Positions 60,907 through 64,000 of a stretch of 64,000 nt of DNA are shown piece by piece. Position numbers and translations under genes: made by a program. The notes under the pieces are model-generated. The model ran no database searches. It saw only the letters and a list, made by a program, of their open reading frames with translations, and had not been told where the DNA came from. Origin of the DNA: Podarcis liolepis (lineage: Eukaryota); assembly GCA_965112155.1 (NCBI GenBank), contig OZ218111.1; one strand, written 5' to 3'. Within the stretch, counting starts at the first letter, position 1; each line of letters opens with the position of its first letter.

Positions 60907-63289
60907 GGTATAAAAGAACCTCAGTTGGAAATGCTGCTGGCTATTCCAGATAAGCTACAGGAAGTCCTTATGGGTTACACCAGGGGTCAGCAACCTTTTT
61001 CAGCCATGGGCCAGTCCACTGTCCCTCAGACCATGTGGTGGCCCAGACTATATTGGGGGGGGGGCGGAAATGAACAAATTCCTATGCCCCACAAATAACC
61101 CAGAGATGCATTTTAAATAAAAGCACACATTCTACTGATGTAGAAGCACGCTGATTCCTGGACCATCCGTGGGCCAGATTGAGAAGGCTATGGCTTATTT
61201 CAAGTACTTTAATTCTACCCCTCAGTATAGAACCCAAGGTGTTTTAAAGTCATACATTAAAAACAATGACTATTTTAGAAAGGTAGAGTACAGGGTACTG
61301 TACATTTCAGATGAAGTGTATGTATTTTTCTCTAGCGAACCAGCATCAGGGCAACCTATGGGAAATGGGTGGAAACTCTGAAAACAAAGGTTTTCATCCT
61401 TGTAGTTCAATTCCTGTACACTGCTATGCTCAAGTAACTCAACAGGCACTGAGAGAGAAAGGTTGCTTTGATGTACATTTGACGTACGAAGGACAAATGT
61501 TTTGTCACCTTTAAGATTAACACTTGGAACTATTACTTTACGGAGGGCAACATGGATTAAAATTAAAGATGCATTTTCATGTGCTGAGACTTCTCTCAGG
61601 CACATTATACACACAAACTGTGTATAATGTGCTTATGCAAATAACCCTTTGGGAAGGTCCAAAGTAAGCTCCAACAGGCCATTATTTTACTGATGTCTGT
61701 AACTTAAATTGCAACTGCCTGGAGCAGTTCAAACATAAGGGAAAGCACATACTGTTATACCACTCTGCTTCTGCTATAGCAGAAGACTATTCCCACAAGC
61801 TTAGCTTTTCACTTGAAGCTCTGGTTAAGTATTTCTGCACGAGTCATTCAAGAAGGCAGCTCTTCCTTTTGTGTCACTCACAGCTATTGTAGAAACATAG
61901 GTGTGTAATGATATTCCCTGCCCTAGGGACTCAAATTCAGAAAACCTGTGTCTGGATACCCCAGATTTCTTAGCCATTCTGCTTTGACAATGCTGAATGT
62001 AGCCCTGTGTTATGTAGCAGACAGGAGCATTTTCGGAAGAAGCAGTAGGAAGTACTCCAAGAGATGTTTTCATCAACAAAGAAATTAAATGGAATTAAAG
62101 GTATTATTCCTCTATATCCACACTTCATGATCCACTCTCTAAGTGGTACAAAAACAATTTGAAAGAACCTGTTCAGGCTAAATGAGGTCTTGAATTAACT
62201 TGGTGGTTAAGAGAAATCAGCGAACCCTCAGTAAAAGAGAACTGTGTCTGCTGTATATCACATCCTCAGTGCTTTAAGACCAGGAACACCAAGCCCAAGC
62301 TTACCAGTACTGCCCAAAAAGAAACAATATTGTGTACAAACGTCAATAATGCTTAGAGGTCTTTCTGTGGGAATCACTGACTTTGCAAACTGACTCTTAT
62401 CAGCATGTTCATAAAGCTAGCAGAATGGCTACCTGTATACCTTACTGTGTTTGAGCAATACATTTACTTCACTGTGGTGAAAAACCACTTGGTACATAAT
62501 CAAGTGAATGTTTTTAGTCTTAGGGTTTTTAACATATCAATGGACTTGCATATTTGTCTAAGTAATCACTGATATTATTGAAAGGTGATTTCTTTGCCAT
62601 TGCTAAAGAAATATTAAGTGAATTATAATAGCACCTGCCACACTACTGCTCTTCACTACCACCATTCCAAGAAGACCCTCTAAGACTAAGACCACCCTCT
62701 AAGACAAAGAGAGACCAGAGATTTATACTTGAGCTTCCCAGGTACAAGCTATATCCTGTACAAGCTCTGCAAGCTGGCTGAATGGACAACAGGTTACATC
62801 TAAAAGTAAGAATCGTACAACCACAATGCTGCAACATAAAGCCATATCTGAGAATCCACTGAATGAATCCCCACGCCGAAAGCCAAGGTTTAAGAGGTAA
62901 CCAATGGGGCCAGTGTGGTGCAACACTTAGCATTACAGAAGCAAGAGGGTTAAATCCCTGGTCAATCACAAAGCTCAACTGAGTGGCCTTGGCTAGTCTG
63001 AGGGATCACAACAGGCCTATCTCACAGGGCTGTTATGAGGTTAAAACGGAGGTAGGGAGAGAAGAACCATAAACTCCACCCTGTATTTCCTTGGATAAGG
63101 GGTTATCTTTTCCAACATAAAATAGATAACACGATCAATATAATAATAGAAGGACGCAACTCGAATGTGCACAGTACTGGTCAGGCAAATAAGGGGGATT
63201 GAAGGAGACTTTCAGAGTGGGCTCCAGGAAGTTTGGGAGACCCCTCAAGGGAGAAGGGCGGGGTGGGAAGAGAACCCCCTCCTCAACTG

Positions 63290-63790
63290 GGCCTAGCTGG
63301 CGATACGAGCTTTCCTCGCCCGACACGGAGAAAGAGGGAAACGGGAAGGGGCGGAGCAACTCGGCTCTGCCGCTTCAGTCAACCGACCCCACACAGCGCC
63401 TCTAAGGGCTCCCAAACTCTCCCCTCCAGCCAAGGCCTCCCCGCTCCTCGAGCTCATCCGCGGGGCCGACCTCCCTCACAGACCCACCCCCAGCGTCCGG
63501 GAACCTTTTCCTGCCACACTCGGGCGCAGTCACGGCTAACTGCAACCGGACCGGGGCAGATGGCGGCGGATTACCGCCTCTCCCCTCTACTTACATCCTC
63601 AGAACCCGACCGTCGCTCCCTCGTCGCGCTCGCGGTGACGTACGGATTGCCGCCTTCCACAAAGCGGCAAAGAGCCGCTAGGCGGCGCGCGCTGATAGCG
63701 TCACCGAACGAAAGGAAGCGCGGAGAGGAGAGGCGCGGTAGCCATTTATCTCCATGGTTACTGTCCCCACTTAAAGGGGCAGATCGAGCC
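63290..63790 (-). promoter_or_regulatory. RNPS1: RNPS1 CpG-island promoter and exon 1 (donor GAT|GTAAGT at 63595/63594)
   Basis: Dense CpG; consensus donor; YY1-like AGATGGCGGC at 63558-63567; CRE-like TGACGT at about 63636. Confidence 0.85.
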
Positions 63791-64000
63791 TTTTTGTTGT
63801 GGTAGTTTAAGGCCCTATGGAGATAAAAAAGGTTTTTTAGGAGGGTGGGGAGAACCCAACAACAAACCACTTATTTGTTCTTAAAACATGATAATGGAAA
63901 GGGGAAATGGGAGTTGAAAGGATTATTGGTTCATGCAGGATTTTTTCCAAGTTTGGACATTAAACATTTTAATAAACTCAAATGGGAATATTATACCACT

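Noticed and set aside
55293-63590. Intronic snoRNAs in RNPS1
   Set aside because: No convincing C/D or H/ACA architecture seen by eye; an Infernal/Rfam scan would be needed to exclude them
63233-63870. 190-aa + strand and 99-aa - strand ORFs
   Set aside because: Stop-poor CpG island of the RNPS1 promoter; no homology recognised

Overview
Vertebrate nuclear DNA from a squamate lizard; Sauria-type SINEs and a BovB-like LINE tail suggest a lacertid. Parts of four protein-coding genes were reconstructed by hand from splice signals and recalled orthologue sequence. (1) IFT140, + strand: the last 12 coding exons, 18243-28896. (2) TMEM204, - strand: first coding exon 9857-10136, nested antisense in the large IFT140 intron. 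(3) TELO2, - strand: complete CDS, 20 coding exons, 30064-51793, 828 aa, tail-to-tail with IFT140. (4) RNPS1, - strand: complete, CDS 55187-59929, exon 1 in a CpG island at about 63.6 kb. Introns carry SINEs, MITEs and LINE fragments, several with clear target-site duplications. Nearly all other six-frame ORFs are spurious. The strongest lead is a splice-built start codon in RNPS1 (AT|G): exon 2 skipping gives a productive ORF, whereas inclusion gives an in-frame 27-codon uORF with a premature stop, a candidate poison-exon autoregulatory switch in an EJC/NMD factor. Other leads: probable IFT140/TELO2 3' overlap, two GC-AG introns in IFT140, a hairpin plus overlapping uORF at the TMEM204 start codon, motifs shared by the TELO2 and RNPS1 promoters, and an RNPS1-TELO2 adjacency unlike human gene order. 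No new gene family or prokaryote-type system was found. Exon numbers follow recalled human numbering.
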